DNA of 64,000 bases from an uncultured Acidobacteriota bacterium (GTDB taxonomy: Bacteria > Acidobacteriota > Vicinamibacteria > Fen-336). Positions within the stretch are counted from its first letter, which is position 1, and each line of letters begins with the position of its first letter. Of this stretch, positions 22,359 to 30,265 are shown piece after piece. The notes below the pieces were generated by a model. The model was not told where the DNA came from, did no database searches, and saw only the letters and a list, made by a program, of their open reading frames with translations. The stretch spans positions 4,025,373-4,089,372 of the forward strand of contig OY970399.1 in assembly GCA_963720545.1 (NCBI GenBank), read 5' to 3'. The position numbers and the translations under genes are program-made.

Positions 22359-23747
22359 ATGCGCCGGGGCTCGCCGTCTTCCTCGTGGGTCCTTCTCACC
22401 GTCGCCCTGCTCGGCCTCGGGGTGCGCATCGTCGGCCTGGACGCCTGGGGCACCTTCGACACCGAGGTGCAGAAGGCGTGGTCGGTGCGTGCGGCGCAGG
22501 GACTCGCCGACATCTACGGCCCCTCGGATCGCGACCTGGCCGCGTACGCGAGCACGCACGGCGGGGCATGGGCGCTCGTGAGCGGCGCAGCGCGCTTCCC
22601 GCGCACCGAGTTCCTGTGGGGCGAGGCGCGCTACTTTGTGGACTATCCGCCGGGCAGCATCGTGGTGCTGGCGCTCGAGGGCAAGGCATACCGGCTGCTG
22701 CGCCCGGAGATGCCGAACAAGGCGCTCTTCAACACGGTCATCAACATCGGGCCCCTGCTCGCGAGCCTGCTGATCGCCTGGCTGCTCTGGCTCAGCGTGC
22801 CGCCCGGTAACGGACAACGCGGAATCGAAACGGCGCGCGCCGCCGGCTACTGGCTGAACCCGGCCGCGATATTCGCGGCGCCGTTCCTCGGCTACCCCGA
22901 CCCGATCTTCTCGGTGTTCGGCGTCGGCGCGGTCCTGGCATTGGCGCGCGGCGCGCTTCCGCTGGCGGCGGCGCTCGGGGTGGCCGCGACTCTCATCAAG
23001 CCGCAAGGCGTGCTGCTGGCGCCCGTGATCTTCGGCCTGCTGGCGCGCCGGGGCTCGGCAGCGGCCTGGTGGCGCTCCCTGGCCGCTGGCGCCGCGACTG
23101 CAACTGTGGTGCTCTCGCCGTGGTGGCTCAGCGGCCACTTGTTCTCGGCGCTCGACGGCTTCCGCCGCCCCTTCGGGCAGGGCACGCTGGCACCCCTCGG
23201 CCTCAACGTCTGGTGGGCGGCGGGCTACGTGGCCGACCGGCTGGCCGGCGACACTTCGGGCCTCGCGCGCATCTGGACGATCGACGCGTTCACGCAGGCG
23301 AGCGGCGTCGATCCGCGCATCGTCGCCAGGATCGCGCTCGTCGGCGCGTCGCTCGTGATGTTTCTTTGGAGCTATCGCCGCCGTCTCGAAGGCGAGGGTG
23401 CCCTGGCCCTGGCGGTTATCGTCATGGTGCACACCTACGCGCTCCTCTCGACGAGCGTCCACGAAAACCACACGTTCCTCGCCGTGGCGTTGGCGCCGCT
23501 CCTCTTATTCTCGGTGCCGTGGGCGCGCACCGTGCTTGCCGCAACCTCGGCATTCCTCGGCCTCAGTCTGTTCTTCGCCGCCGGCCTCGGCCGTCGGGTG
23601 ACGCACTTGCGCAGGATCGAGGACCTGCGCTTCCAGGCCGGCTTCGACCCCACAGTGGTCACCGCGCTGCTGCACGTGGCGCTCGTTGCCTTCCTGTGGC
23701 TGCTGTTGGCGCGGGTCAGCGCCGGGCGCGGTGGCGCCGAGCGTTAA
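22359..23747 (+). CDS. Polytopic membrane protein, GT-C-type glycosyltransferase-like
   Basis: DYPP loop, NPA, IKPQ and HE motifs; many hydrophobic segments. Confidence 0.65.
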   Translation: MRRGSPSSSWVLLTVALLGLGVRIVGLDAWGTFDTEVQKAWSVRAAQGLADIYGPSDRDLAAYASTHGGAWALVSGAARFPRTEFLWGEARYFVDYPPGSIVVLALEGKAYRLLRPEMPNKALFNTVINIGPLLASLLIAWLLWLSVPPGNGQRGIETARAAGYWLNPAAIFAAPFLGYPDPIFSVFGVGAVLALARGALPLAAALGVAATLIKPQGVLLAPVIFGLLARRGSAAAWWRSLAAGAATATVVLSPWWLSGHLFSALDGFRRPFGQGTLAPLGLNVWWAAGYVADRLAGDTSGLARIWTIDAFTQASGVDPRIVARIALVGASLVMFLWSYRRRLEGEGALALAVIVMVHTYALLSTSVHENHTFLAVALAPLLLFSVPWARTVLAATSAFLGLSLFFAAGLGRRVTHLRRIEDLRFQAGFDPTVVTALLHVALVAFLWLLLARVSAGRGGAER

Positions 23748-23760
23748 CATCCGGAGATCC

Positions 23761-25647
23761 ATGGCAGCGAAGCACTTCCCGCCGCAGCGCTACATTGCGC
23801 GTGTCGATGCCATCACCGGCGAAGAGCTGGGCGGCGCGATCGATCCGGAAGAGCTGCTGGTGCACGCGCACCGCGACCGCCATCCGGTCGAGATCGGCAT
23901 GCAGTTTGCGGCCAGCCGCCTCATCGACATGACGCGCAACGAGGTTCTCGTGCGCCAGGGGATGCGGCTCATGAACGAGGTGGGTGAGGCGCTCGCCGGC
24001 GGCATCGGCTTCGCCACCGGCAGCCCTGCCTTCGAGCGCCGTGCGCGCCGCATCCTCGGCGTCGTGCAGCGCGAGCACTACTTCCGGTTCCGCGAGCCCA
24101 CGCATCACTCCGAGCGCGAGGTCCGCGAACGGCTCGCGGAGCTGCGTCGGGGAGCGGCCGCGGCACTCAAGCGGCGCGGCCGCAACCCGCGCCTGCAGGT
24201 GCTGCTCACCGGCGCCACCGGCTTCGTCGGCAAGGAGATAGTGAAGCAGGCGGCGGCCGACCCGCGCATCGAGCGGGTGATCGCAGTGGTGCGGACGGAA
24301 ACCCTGCGCGACCCCAGGACCAGGACGGTGGTGAAGGTGATCGGGGCCGGGGAGCGCGGCGCCCTGCTGTTGCGGCGGCTGGGCATCGACGCGCGCGCCG
24401 CGCGGCGGTTCGAGTTCGTCGCCGGCGACATCGAGAAACCCGGCTTCGGCCTGCCGCGCACGACGCTCGCGCGCCTGCGCAGGAGCCTCACGCACGTCGT
24501 GCACTGCGCGGCGAGCGTCGCCTTCGACGCTCCATACGACGCGTCGTTCCGCGCCAACGTGCTTGGCTCCCTGAACGCGCTGCGGTTTTCGCGCTCGGTG
24601 CAGGACACACCCGGCTCGGCGTTCGTCCACCACGTCGCGATCGAGACGTCCTACATCCACGGGCGGCGCAAGAGTTCGATGGCCGCCGAGAGCGCGCTGG
24701 CGTTTCCGCGGCACTTCTACAACAACTTCTACGAGCTGACGAAGGCGCTCGCGTCGATCGAGACCGACCGCGCGATGATCGAGGGACTGCGCGTGGCGCA
24801 GCTGCTGCCGTCGATAGTCATCGGCGATGCCCATACCGGCAACAACCGCGGCGACACCAAGGTGGTGAACGCCCCGATCAACGCCTTTGGCCGGATCAAG
24901 GAGATGGTCGATGCCGCCGCCGCGGGCGGTGGTGCCGCGGAGCGCCTGCGTACGGCGCTCGTGGCGCTCGTCGCCAACTCGTTTCCCGGCGACCCATCGG
25001 CAGAACTCAACCTGGTGCCGGTGGACCGGGTGGTGGCCGGCATCCTGGCGGCGGTGCACCGCCCGGAGGCGATCGGGCGTCGCATCCACCTCGCCACCGA
25101 CAACCGCATCCGCTCGGCGGACATCGTGCGCATCGCGCGTGCCGAGCTGGGCGTCAACACGCGGCTCGCCGATCCGACGCTCTACCGCAACCTGACGCTG
25201 CCGGTGGTGAAGGCGATCCTGCTGCGCATGGACCAGCCGAAGCTCGCGAACGCGCTCGAGAAGCTCGGTACCATCTTCGGCGGCTACAACGAGTGGGGCC
25301 AGCCGGTGCACGAAGTGGGCAACGACGTGCGCATCCTCGGACTCGGCATCCACCGGCCCGACACGCAGGCGGCGTTTCGCATGCTGTGCCGTCACAACCG
25401 CTACGTGCAGGAGTACGGCAAGGTCAAGGATCCGGACGAGATCGCGCGCCGCGAGGCGCTGTGGGCCGCTTTCGTGGACCACGTCGAGCATCGCAGCGGC
25501 CGCGAGGCGGGCTTCATGCCGGCACCCGAGTTCGCGCGCATGCTCGCGGCCGAGATCGACCTCCGCACGTTCACGGCCGCCGCAACGGAAAGGGCGGGAC
25601 GGTCAAAGCGCGGGCCACAGGCGCGGCCGCGGCAGCGTTCGGCATGA
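23761..25647 (+). CDS. Fatty acyl-CoA/thioester reductase (extended SDR, male-sterility type) with N-terminal extension
   Basis: LLTGATGFVG, HCAASV, YELTK (YxxxK), PSIVIG, NLVPVD. Confidence 0.75.
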   Translation: MAAKHFPPQRYIARVDAITGEELGGAIDPEELLVHAHRDRHPVEIGMQFAASRLIDMTRNEVLVRQGMRLMNEVGEALAGGIGFATGSPAFERRARRILGVVQREHYFRFREPTHHSEREVRERLAELRRGAAAALKRRGRNPRLQVLLTGATGFVGKEIVKQAAADPRIERVIAVVRTETLRDPRTRTVVKVIGAGERGALLLRRLGIDARAARRFEFVAGDIEKPGFGLPRTTLARLRRSLTHVVHCAASVAFDAPYDASFRANVLGSLNALRFSRSVQDTPGSAFVHHVAIETSYIHGRRKSSMAAESALAFPRHFYNNFYELTKALASIETDRAMIEGLRVAQLLPSIVIGDAHTGNNRGDTKVVNAPINAFGRIKEMVDAAAAGGGAAERLRTALVALVANSFPGDPSAELNLVPVDRVVAGILAAVHRPEAIGRRIHLATDNRIRSADIVRIARAELGVNTRLADPTLYRNLTLPVVKAILLRMDQPKLANALEKLGTIFGGYNEWGQPVHEVGNDVRILGLGIHRPDTQAAFRMLCRHNRYVQEYGKVKDPDEIARREALWAAFVDHVEHRSGREAGFMPAPEFARMLAAEIDLRTFTAAATERAGRSKRGPQARPRQRSA

Positions 25648-26645
25648 CCGCGGCACGCAATCGCACTCGTAGAGTCGCGGTGTTGGGAAGCGCCTCGTTC
25701 CTCGGCGCCCGCGTGCTGAGGCGGCTGGCGCGCGAAGCGCGGGATGAGGTGCTGGCGATCGACATCGCGGCGCCGCCGGCGGCGCTCGACGATGTCCGTC
25801 ACTGCCGCCTCGACCTGACCCGGCCCGACGCCGGCCACGACCTGTTGGCGCTGCTGCGCGACGAGGACGTCGGCACCTTGCTCCATTTCGCGTTCTTCAC
25901 CAACCCGCGCCGCGACACGGCGTACTCGCACGAACTCGAGTCGATCGGTACGCTCTCGGTGTTCGCAGCGGCGGCCGCCGCCGGCGTCGAGCACGTGGTG
26001 ATGCGCTCGTTCACCGCGGTCTACGGCGCGCGCGGCCAGAACCCGAACTTCCTCACCGAGGAGCGAGCCCTGGCGGCGGCGTCCGATTTTGCCTGGCTCC
26101 GCGACAAGCTCGAGGCGGAGCAGCACGCGGCCGCCTGCGCGCGCCGCTACCCGAAGCTGAACGTGACGGTGCTGCGCTTCGCGCCGCTCTTCGGCCCCGG
26201 GGTGCAGACCTTCTACACCGGCGTCTTCGACAAGCGGGTGGTGCCGATCGTCATGGGGTACGACCCGCTGCTGCAGCTGCTGCATCCCGAGGATGCCGAA
26301 GGCGCGGTCACGGCCGCGCTCACGCACCGCCCGCGCGGCGCCGTCAACGTGGTGCCGAGCCGCGCGCTGCCGCTCCTGACGGCGCTACTGCTGGCCGAGA
26401 AGGTGCCGCTGCCGGTGCCGCACGGCATCGCCTATGCAGGCGCCGACCTCCTGTGGAGCGCGGGCCTGGCCGCCGCGCCTGGCGGTTTCGTCGACTACGC
26501 GCGCTTCCTGTTCGTGGCCGACGGCGCGCGGGCCGCGCGAGAGATGGGGTTCACCGCGCGCCACACGAGCCGCGCGGCGCTCGAGTCGTACCTCGGCTAT
26601 CGCCATCCCACGCGGCCAGCGCGGCTGCGCGAGGTCGAGGCATGA
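25644..26645 (+). CDS. NAD-dependent epimerase/dehydratase-like SDR (Rv0501-like)
   Basis: LGSASFLG, TAVYGA, LRFAP, YDPLLQLLHPED; ATGA-coupled. Confidence 0.8.
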   Translation: MTAARNRTRRVAVLGSASFLGARVLRRLAREARDEVLAIDIAAPPAALDDVRHCRLDLTRPDAGHDLLALLRDEDVGTLLHFAFFTNPRRDTAYSHELESIGTLSVFAAAAAAGVEHVVMRSFTAVYGARGQNPNFLTEERALAAASDFAWLRDKLEAEQHAAACARRYPKLNVTVLRFAPLFGPGVQTFYTGVFDKRVVPIVMGYDPLLQLLHPEDAEGAVTAALTHRPRGAVNVVPSRALPLLTALLLAEKVPLPVPHGIAYAGADLLWSAGLAAAPGGFVDYARFLFVADGARAAREMGFTARHTSRAALESYLGYRHPTRPARLREVEA

Positions 26646-27670
26646 GCCGCGCAAGCCGGGCCAAGGTCGTTCCGATTCGGCCTGTGGGCGGCCGGCGTGC
26701 ACGCGCCCTGCGGTCGCCAGCGCACGACGACGAGGCGGAGGCGCTGCGCTCGCGGCTCCGTGGCCTGGAGCGCGAGTTCGCCCGCGACGGCCTGTTCGTG
26801 CGGCTGGCGCGGCTCGTCGAGAAGGGCTCGGCGGCGAGCAGCTGGGAGAAGCTCGCCCGCGGGCTGTCGGCGGCGTACTTCACCTGGCATTCGGAGACGG
26901 TGGACGACTTCGGCTACGACGAGAAGTTCGCCGCTTCGGTGCGTCCGATGCTCGAGTTCCTCTACAACGTGTGGTGGCGGGTCGAGGCCACGGGCGTCGC
27001 GAACGTCCCGGCCACTGGCCCGGCGCTGGTCGTTGCCAATCACTCCGGGGTGCTTCCGTACGACGGCCTGATGATGCACCTCGCGATCCGCCAGCAGCAT
27101 CCCGCGCGCCGCGAATGCCGCCTGCTGGCGCTCGACATGTTCGCGCTCCTGCCGTTCCTCGCGCCCTTGCTGCAGCAACTGGGCGCGGTGCGCGCGAGCC
27201 AGGAGAACGGCGAGCGCCTGCTGCGCGGCGGCGAGCTCGTCGGCGTGTTCCCCGAAGGCGTCAAGGGTGTCGGCAAGCCGTTCCGCCGCCGCTACCAGCT
27301 GGCGCGCTTCGGTCGCGGCGGCTTCGTGCGCCTCGCGCTGCGCACCGGCGCGCCGCTCGTGCCCTGCGCGATCGTCGGCGCGGAGGAAATCCACCCGATG
27401 ATCGGCGACATCAGCTTCGTCGGCCGGCCGCTGGGCCTGCCGTTCGTGCCGGTGACGCCGACCTTTCCGCTGCTCGGCCCGCTCGGCCTGGTGCCGCTGC
27501 CGTCGAAGTGGTCGATCGACTTCGCCGACCCGATCGCCACCGACGGCTACGGGGCGGACGCCGCCGACGACCCGATCCTCGTCAACCGCCTCTCCGAAAC
27601 CGTGCGCGCGACCATCCAGGAAATGATCGACGGCCGGCTCGCGCGTCGCCGCTCCGTCTGGTTCGGCTGA
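26642..27670 (+). CDS. Lysophospholipid/glycerolipid acyltransferase family protein (Rv0502-like)
   Basis: NHSGVLPYD, VFPEG, FGRGGFVRLAL, PLPSKW. Confidence 0.88.
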   Translation: MSRASRAKVVPIRPVGGRRARALRSPAHDDEAEALRSRLRGLEREFARDGLFVRLARLVEKGSAASSWEKLARGLSAAYFTWHSETVDDFGYDEKFAASVRPMLEFLYNVWWRVEATGVANVPATGPALVVANHSGVLPYDGLMMHLAIRQQHPARRECRLLALDMFALLPFLAPLLQQLGAVRASQENGERLLRGGELVGVFPEGVKGVGKPFRRRYQLARFGRGGFVRLALRTGAPLVPCAIVGAEEIHPMIGDISFVGRPLGLPFVPVTPTFPLLGPLGLVPLPSKWSIDFADPIATDGYGADAADDPILVNRLSETVRATIQEMIDGRLARRRSVWFG

Positions 27671-27676
27671 GGGCCG

Positions 27677-28861
27677 TTAGCGCGGGCCGAGCCGCGTCTC
27701 GAGGGTGCGCAGGGCGCCGGCGAGTTGGCGGGCCACGGCGGAGTGGTGCGTTGGCGCAGGGGCCGAGCGGCGCGCCGCCGCCTTGTTGCGCAGCTTGATG
27801 CCGTGGCGGCCCAGCATGCGCGCGAATGCCAGCCGGCCGGTGCCGCGGAACGCCGCCATCGCCGAGCGATAGCCGTACTGCGCCACCGTGCGCCGCGCCG
27901 CGACGCGCATGATGTTGTGGGCGAACATGCGCATGTCTTCGCGCCGCGGCTCGATCAGCAGGATGTCCACCTCGGGATGCTCGAGGCGGTAGCGCTCGAG
28001 GCCGTATTGCATGCGGCCGTGGAGCGAGATGCGCAGCACCTGGTCGAGGACGTAGGTGATGCCCTTGTGGCTCAGCGGACCGCCGAGCAGCGGCCGGCGC
28101 GCGTCGTTGCGGATCGGCACGATCGGGTTGATGCAGATGACCAGGTCGGCGCCGTGGCCGATCGCGAGGTTGACGTGCGCGGTCTTGCGCACACCGCCGT
28201 CGACGTACTCGCGGCCGCCAATGCGCACCGGACGGTACAGACCCGGCAGCGCCGTCGAGGCCTGCACCGCCTTGGAAATGGGCACGTCGCGCCGGCCGCG
28301 GTCGCCGAAGGCCACCGCCTCGCCGCTGTCGAGGTCGACCGCGACCAGGAACAGCTGGCGCGCCAGTTGCGAGAAGCGGTCGGTGCCGGCCCGTTCGCGA
28401 AAGGTGGTCGCCAGGAAATCGGCGATGCCGGAGTTGTCGAGCAGGCCCGACGGCAGCAGCTCGAAGAACGGCATCAGCAGGTCGTAGGCGCTCTCGCCCT
28501 CGCCGCGCATGAGGCGTGCGAGCGTTGCGCGCAGCAGGGCGGGGGCGCGTGCCGAGCGCCGGGCGATTTCCCGCGTGCCGAGGCGGAAGAGCGGGCTGCC
28601 GAGGGCGCCGAACAGCGGGCTGCTGTCCTCCAGGAGCTCGTGATACAGGTCGCCAGGCGGGATGCCGTTCGCGAGCAGCGAGGTGACGAACGCCCCGCCG
28701 CTGACACCAACGTACATGTCGAAGTCGAGGACACTGCGGTCGAGCAGGTCCTCGAGCGCCCGCAGCACACCGATCTCGTAGACGGCGCCGGTGACGCCGC
28801 CGCCCGCACAGACGAGGGCGACCTTGGTGGGGCGGCTTGGGCGGCTGCGGCGAACGCCCAG
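27677..28861 (-). CDS. Patatin-like phospholipase/esterase; probable CTG start
   Basis: GGGVTG, GVSGG (GxSxG), ASTALP, DGG; the glycine-rich loop lies upstream of the first canonical start. Confidence 0.85.
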   Translation of the reverse strand: MGVRRSRPSRPTKVALVCAGGGVTGAVYEIGVLRALEDLLDRSVLDFDMYVGVSGGAFVTSLLANGIPPGDLYHELLEDSSPLFGALGSPLFRLGTREIARRSARAPALLRATLARLMRGEGESAYDLLMPFFELLPSGLLDNSGIADFLATTFRERAGTDRFSQLARQLFLVAVDLDSGEAVAFGDRGRRDVPISKAVQASTALPGLYRPVRIGGREYVDGGVRKTAHVNLAIGHGADLVICINPIVPIRNDARRPLLGGPLSHKGITYVLDQVLRISLHGRMQYGLERYRLEHPEVDILLIEPRREDMRMFAHNIMRVAARRTVAQYGYRSAMAAFRGTGRLAFARMLGRHGIKLRNKAAARRSAPAPTHHSAVARQLAGALRTLETRLGPR

Positions 28862-28865
28862 GAGG

Positions 28866-29294
28866 CTACCGCCGTGTCTTCTTCTGCGCGCCGATGCGGC
28901 GCGAGAGCTCGTCGACCTTGCGGGTCAGCGTCGCGATCTCGCGGCGGCTCGGGATGTTGAGCGCCGCGAGCGTGCGCCTGGCGGTCTCCTCGGCCACGCG
29001 CGACACAGTCTTGCGTTCCTTCTCGACGCGCTCCTGGATGAGAGTGAGGCCGGCGTCGATGCGCTTCAGGGCGCTGCGCCGCTCGGCGATCACGGCGCGG
29101 CCGATCGAGGCGATGGCCTTGCGCGCGTCCACGTGCGAGAGGTTGCTGCGCAGCTGGTGGATGGCGCCCTCAGCCGTGTGCACCGCGGCACGCGCGGCAT
29201 TTTTCGCGGTGCGGGTGGCCGACTCGAGCCGAGACGGGGCGGCCTTGCTCTGCGACGATGCTTGCTTCCGTGCGGACTTCCTGCGTGCTGCCAT
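28866..29294 (-). CDS. Phasin-like granule-associated protein (PhaF/PhaI type)
   Basis: ALNIPSRREIATLTRKVDELS motif; Lys/Arg/Ala-rich ends; strong AAGGAG SD. Confidence 0.75.
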   Translation of the reverse strand: MAARRKSARKQASSQSKAAPSRLESATRTAKNAARAAVHTAEGAIHQLRSNLSHVDARKAIASIGRAVIAERRSALKRIDAGLTLIQERVEKERKTVSRVAEETARRTLAALNIPSRREIATLTRKVDELSRRIGAQKKTRR

Positions 29295-29316
29295 GACGTT
29301 TCTCCTTTTTCCTTCC

Positions 29317-29946
29317 TTACTTCGGGTGCGATTGCTTCTTGCGTGGAACGCGCTTCCTGCCGCGCCGCGCCTTTGCGGCTGGCAGGCTGGTTTCGAGCGT
29401 GGCGAGGCGCTCCTTGAGGGTGGTGAGCGACGGCATCACACCGAACTCCTTTTCGCTCGAGGCGACGAGTTCGCCGAGCCGGCGCTCGACCGAGTGCTGC
29501 GCGTCGTGCACTGCGCGGCCGGCCGCGGCAACGATCGCGACGCGCAATGCCGCCGCGTCCTCCAGGCCGAGGCGGCCGCGGGTGATGAGGTCGCCCGCGA
29601 TGCGCTCGGCCTCGCGGCCCACGCGGGCGGCGGCGTCGGGCAGCGCCGGCAGCGCCTCGGCACGGCCGGCGGAAGCCAGCGCCAGTGTGATGATGCGCTG
29701 CAGGATGCGCTTCGGCAGGGTGTTGGTGCGGCGCTTGAGGGTCTCGACGAGCGCCGCGCCCAGCACCTGCGAGCTGATGTCGCGGCCGCTGCTGCTGCGC
29801 TCGCGGATCGTGAGGTCGGCGCCGCGCGCCGCCAGCTCGCTGAGCGCCTCGAGGGTGACGTAGCGGCGCTCGTGCAGGTCGTAGAGCTTGCGGTTCGCGT
29901 AGCGGACCACGATGCGCTCGGCCGGGATGCTGCCCTTGCGCGGCAT
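29317..29946 (-). CDS. PhaR-like DNA-binding domain fused to a phasin-like helical C-terminus
   Basis: RYANRKLYDLHERRYVTLEAL..GRDIS matches the PHB-accumulation regulator N-terminal domain. Confidence 0.78.
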   Translation of the reverse strand: MPRKGSIPAERIVVRYANRKLYDLHERRYVTLEALSELAARGADLTIRERSSSGRDISSQVLGAALVETLKRRTNTLPKRILQRIITLALASAGRAEALPALPDAAARVGREAERIAGDLITRGRLGLEDAAALRVAIVAAAGRAVHDAQHSVERRLGELVASSEKEFGVMPSLTTLKERLATLETSLPAAKARRGRKRVPRKKQSHPK

Positions 29947-30025
29947 GGATCGACCATAACGCACTGCGTCATAGTTGTCAAGAGCGAATGACGCGGCGCG
30001 TTACAGGAAGCAAGCGCCTGGGGCG

Positions 30026-30238
30026 TCAGCGCGGGTTGGGTTCGATCGTCAGCGGTGCGCGCTGGCGGCGGTGATGCTCGAGGCGCACGAACACCACGCC
30101 GAGGACGAGCCCCAGGCAGAGCGAGGCCAACACGACGAATCCGGCGAGCTTCAGCGAGCCGAGCACCACCGACACCAGGTCGAAGGTCGGCTTCGGCACC
30201 ACGACCCAGAGGATGGTGGGCGGGGGAGACGGCGCCAT
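30026..30238 (-). CDS. Small membrane protein (70 aa)
   Basis: Long hydrophobic segment; extended -10 box 7 nt upstream of ATG. Confidence 0.55.
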   Translation of the reverse strand: MAPSPPPTILWVVVPKPTFDLVSVVLGSLKLAGFVVLASLCLGLVLGVVFVRLEHHRRQRAPLTIEPNPR

Positions 30239-30265
30239 GCCGTTGAGCCTAGCAGCGCCCCCGGT

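Noticed and set aside
27677..29946. Complete PHA biosynthesis cluster
   Set aside because: No phaC, phaA or phaB in the window
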